Origin: an uncultured delta proteobacterium
GTDB lineage: Bacteria > Desulfobacterota > Binatia > UBA9968
Reading direction: 5' to 3'
Assembly (NCBI GenBank): GCA_963737905.1
Contig: CAVTUQ010000008.1
Span: forward strand, 96,001 to 160,000
DNA: 64,000 nucleotides
Every line of letters begins with the position of its first letter. Position 1 is the first letter of the stretch. Position numbers and translations under genes: made by a program. Shown here piece by piece: positions 63,216 to 64,000 of this stretch. The notes under the pieces were generated by a model. That model was not told the origin of the DNA. It did not search any database and saw only the letters and a list, made by a program, of their open reading frames with translations.

Positions 63216-64000
63216 ATGCGTTCGAAACTTCGCAAATTCGGTTTTTATTTGATTCTCGCAGTTTTTGCTTTTGTTGCGCCGCTCTTTGTCGGCGAGCTTG
63301 GTGTCACGGTTTATTATATCGTTCGCGACGGCAAGTATATTTCCCCGGGGGAACGGCTTGCAGCCGAAAGGAACGCTTACGTCGAAGTGGCTCGGGCGCA
63401 GACACCGAGCAAAGGCTGCGGCTATGGAGATAGCCTTATCGTCCATCCCTATCTGGCTTACGTGCAGGCGGCTGTGGGACCCTGTGGTGTTGGCTATGCC
63501 AACAGCAAGAGTATGATCGGGAAGGAGTTTCCGGACAGGCCGCCGCCTAGAACCGGTATCATACTTCTCACCGGTGGCTCGGTAGCCGCCCAGTTTATCT
63601 GGGATAACCGGCAAGAAGAAAGTCCTCTCGAACGTATTCTCAATGCCGAGTTCACCGGTGATCGTTTCGACCGGTTCATCGTTCTTAACGGCGGGCACGG
63701 AGCATGGAAACAACCCAACCAGTACATTTTTTTTGGACTTTACGCGGATATTCTTACCGGAGTCATCACGCTCGACGGCGTCAACGAGCACGATCGGATC
63801 GCCTCTCGGCAGAGATTCGAAGAGCCTGCCAGCAATTATTTCCAAGCCGTTGAGCGCCAAGATCCCCGCGTGACCACAGCTCCGTTCACAATGGCCGCGC
63901 TCAAGCTGGACGCCGACCTTTACCGATTCGCCTCCCGTCATGCCATCTTCCAGGTGTCCAATCTCGCTTACATAGTGGTCGATGCCCTACGCACGGCCCT
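63216..64000 (+). CDS. SGNH/GDSL hydrolase-like protein (copy 2, truncated by window end)
   Basis: Open frame from ATG 63216 to the window end, MRSKLRKFGFYLIL..., close paralogue of 61698-63002; absent from the ORF track because it has no stop in the window. Confidence 0.8.
   Translation, partial: MRSKLRKFGFYLILAVFAFVAPLFVGELGVTVYYIVRDGKYISPGERLAAERNAYVEVARAQTPSKGCGYGDSLIVHPYLAYVQAAVGPCGVGYANSKSMIGKEFPDRPPPRTGIILLTGGSVAAQFIWDNRQEESPLERILNAEFTGDRFDRFIVLNGGHGAWKQPNQYIFFGLYADILTGVITLDGVNEHDRIASRQRFEEPASNYFQAVERQDPRVTTAPFTMAALKLDADLYRFASRHAIFQVSNLAYIVVDALRTA

Larger units (their letters stand above)
61651..64000 (+). repeat. tandem gene duplication including a roughly 47-nt leader (copies start at 61651 and 63168)
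   Basis: AGAGCGGGCCGGCTACGCG(C/T)GGCCGCCGGTCTTCGTAGGG(G)TCCGGGTATG precedes both genes; coding regions align at high nucleotide identity. Confidence 0.92.

Noticed and set aside
61605-63941. Paired minus-strand ORFs of 271 and 253 aa
   Set aside because: Antisense shadows of the duplicated SGNH genes; their similarity just reflects the duplication
61698-64000. Diversity-generating retroelement TR/VR pair
   Set aside because: Differences between copies involve all four bases rather than adenines, whole genes are duplicated, and no reverse transcriptase is visible
1-64000. CRISPR array, tRNA/rRNA genes, IS elements, inteins in RpoB/RpoC
   Set aside because: No regularly spaced repeats, cloverleaf or transposase motifs seen; RpoB and RpoC have normal lengths

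Overview
Bacterial chromosomal window. The RpoB N-terminus, the L3 motif HGTHEYFRHGGSIG and the gene order suggest a deltaproteobacterial-type organism, possibly Candidatus Binatia (inference only). 1-26.6 kb: rplL(end)-rpoB-rpoC-rpsL-rpsG-fusA followed by the S10-spc-alpha cluster. There is no tuf (fusA overlaps rpsJ by ATGA), no rpmD, and a strong terminator-like hairpin lies between rpsG and fusA. 26.7-40.3 kb: cupin, beta-hydroxyacid dehydrogenase, kptA, LapA-like protein, argS, SPOR protein, trpD-trpC(frameshifted 5' end)-trpF-trpB-trpA, folC, lptD. 40.3-64 kb: a large surface-glycan locus with two short-Wzt Wzm/Wzt ABC exporters, a nucleotide-sugar dehydrogenase and epimerase, methyltransferases, several unusual glycosyltransferase-like proteins, a WbdD-like methyltransferase/coiled-coil protein, a radical SAM enzyme with an inserted module shared with a neighbouring glycosyltransferase, and a tandem pair of SGNH-like proteins running off the window end. 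No rRNA, tRNA, CRISPR array or mobile element was recognised. All calls come from motif reading, not database searches.
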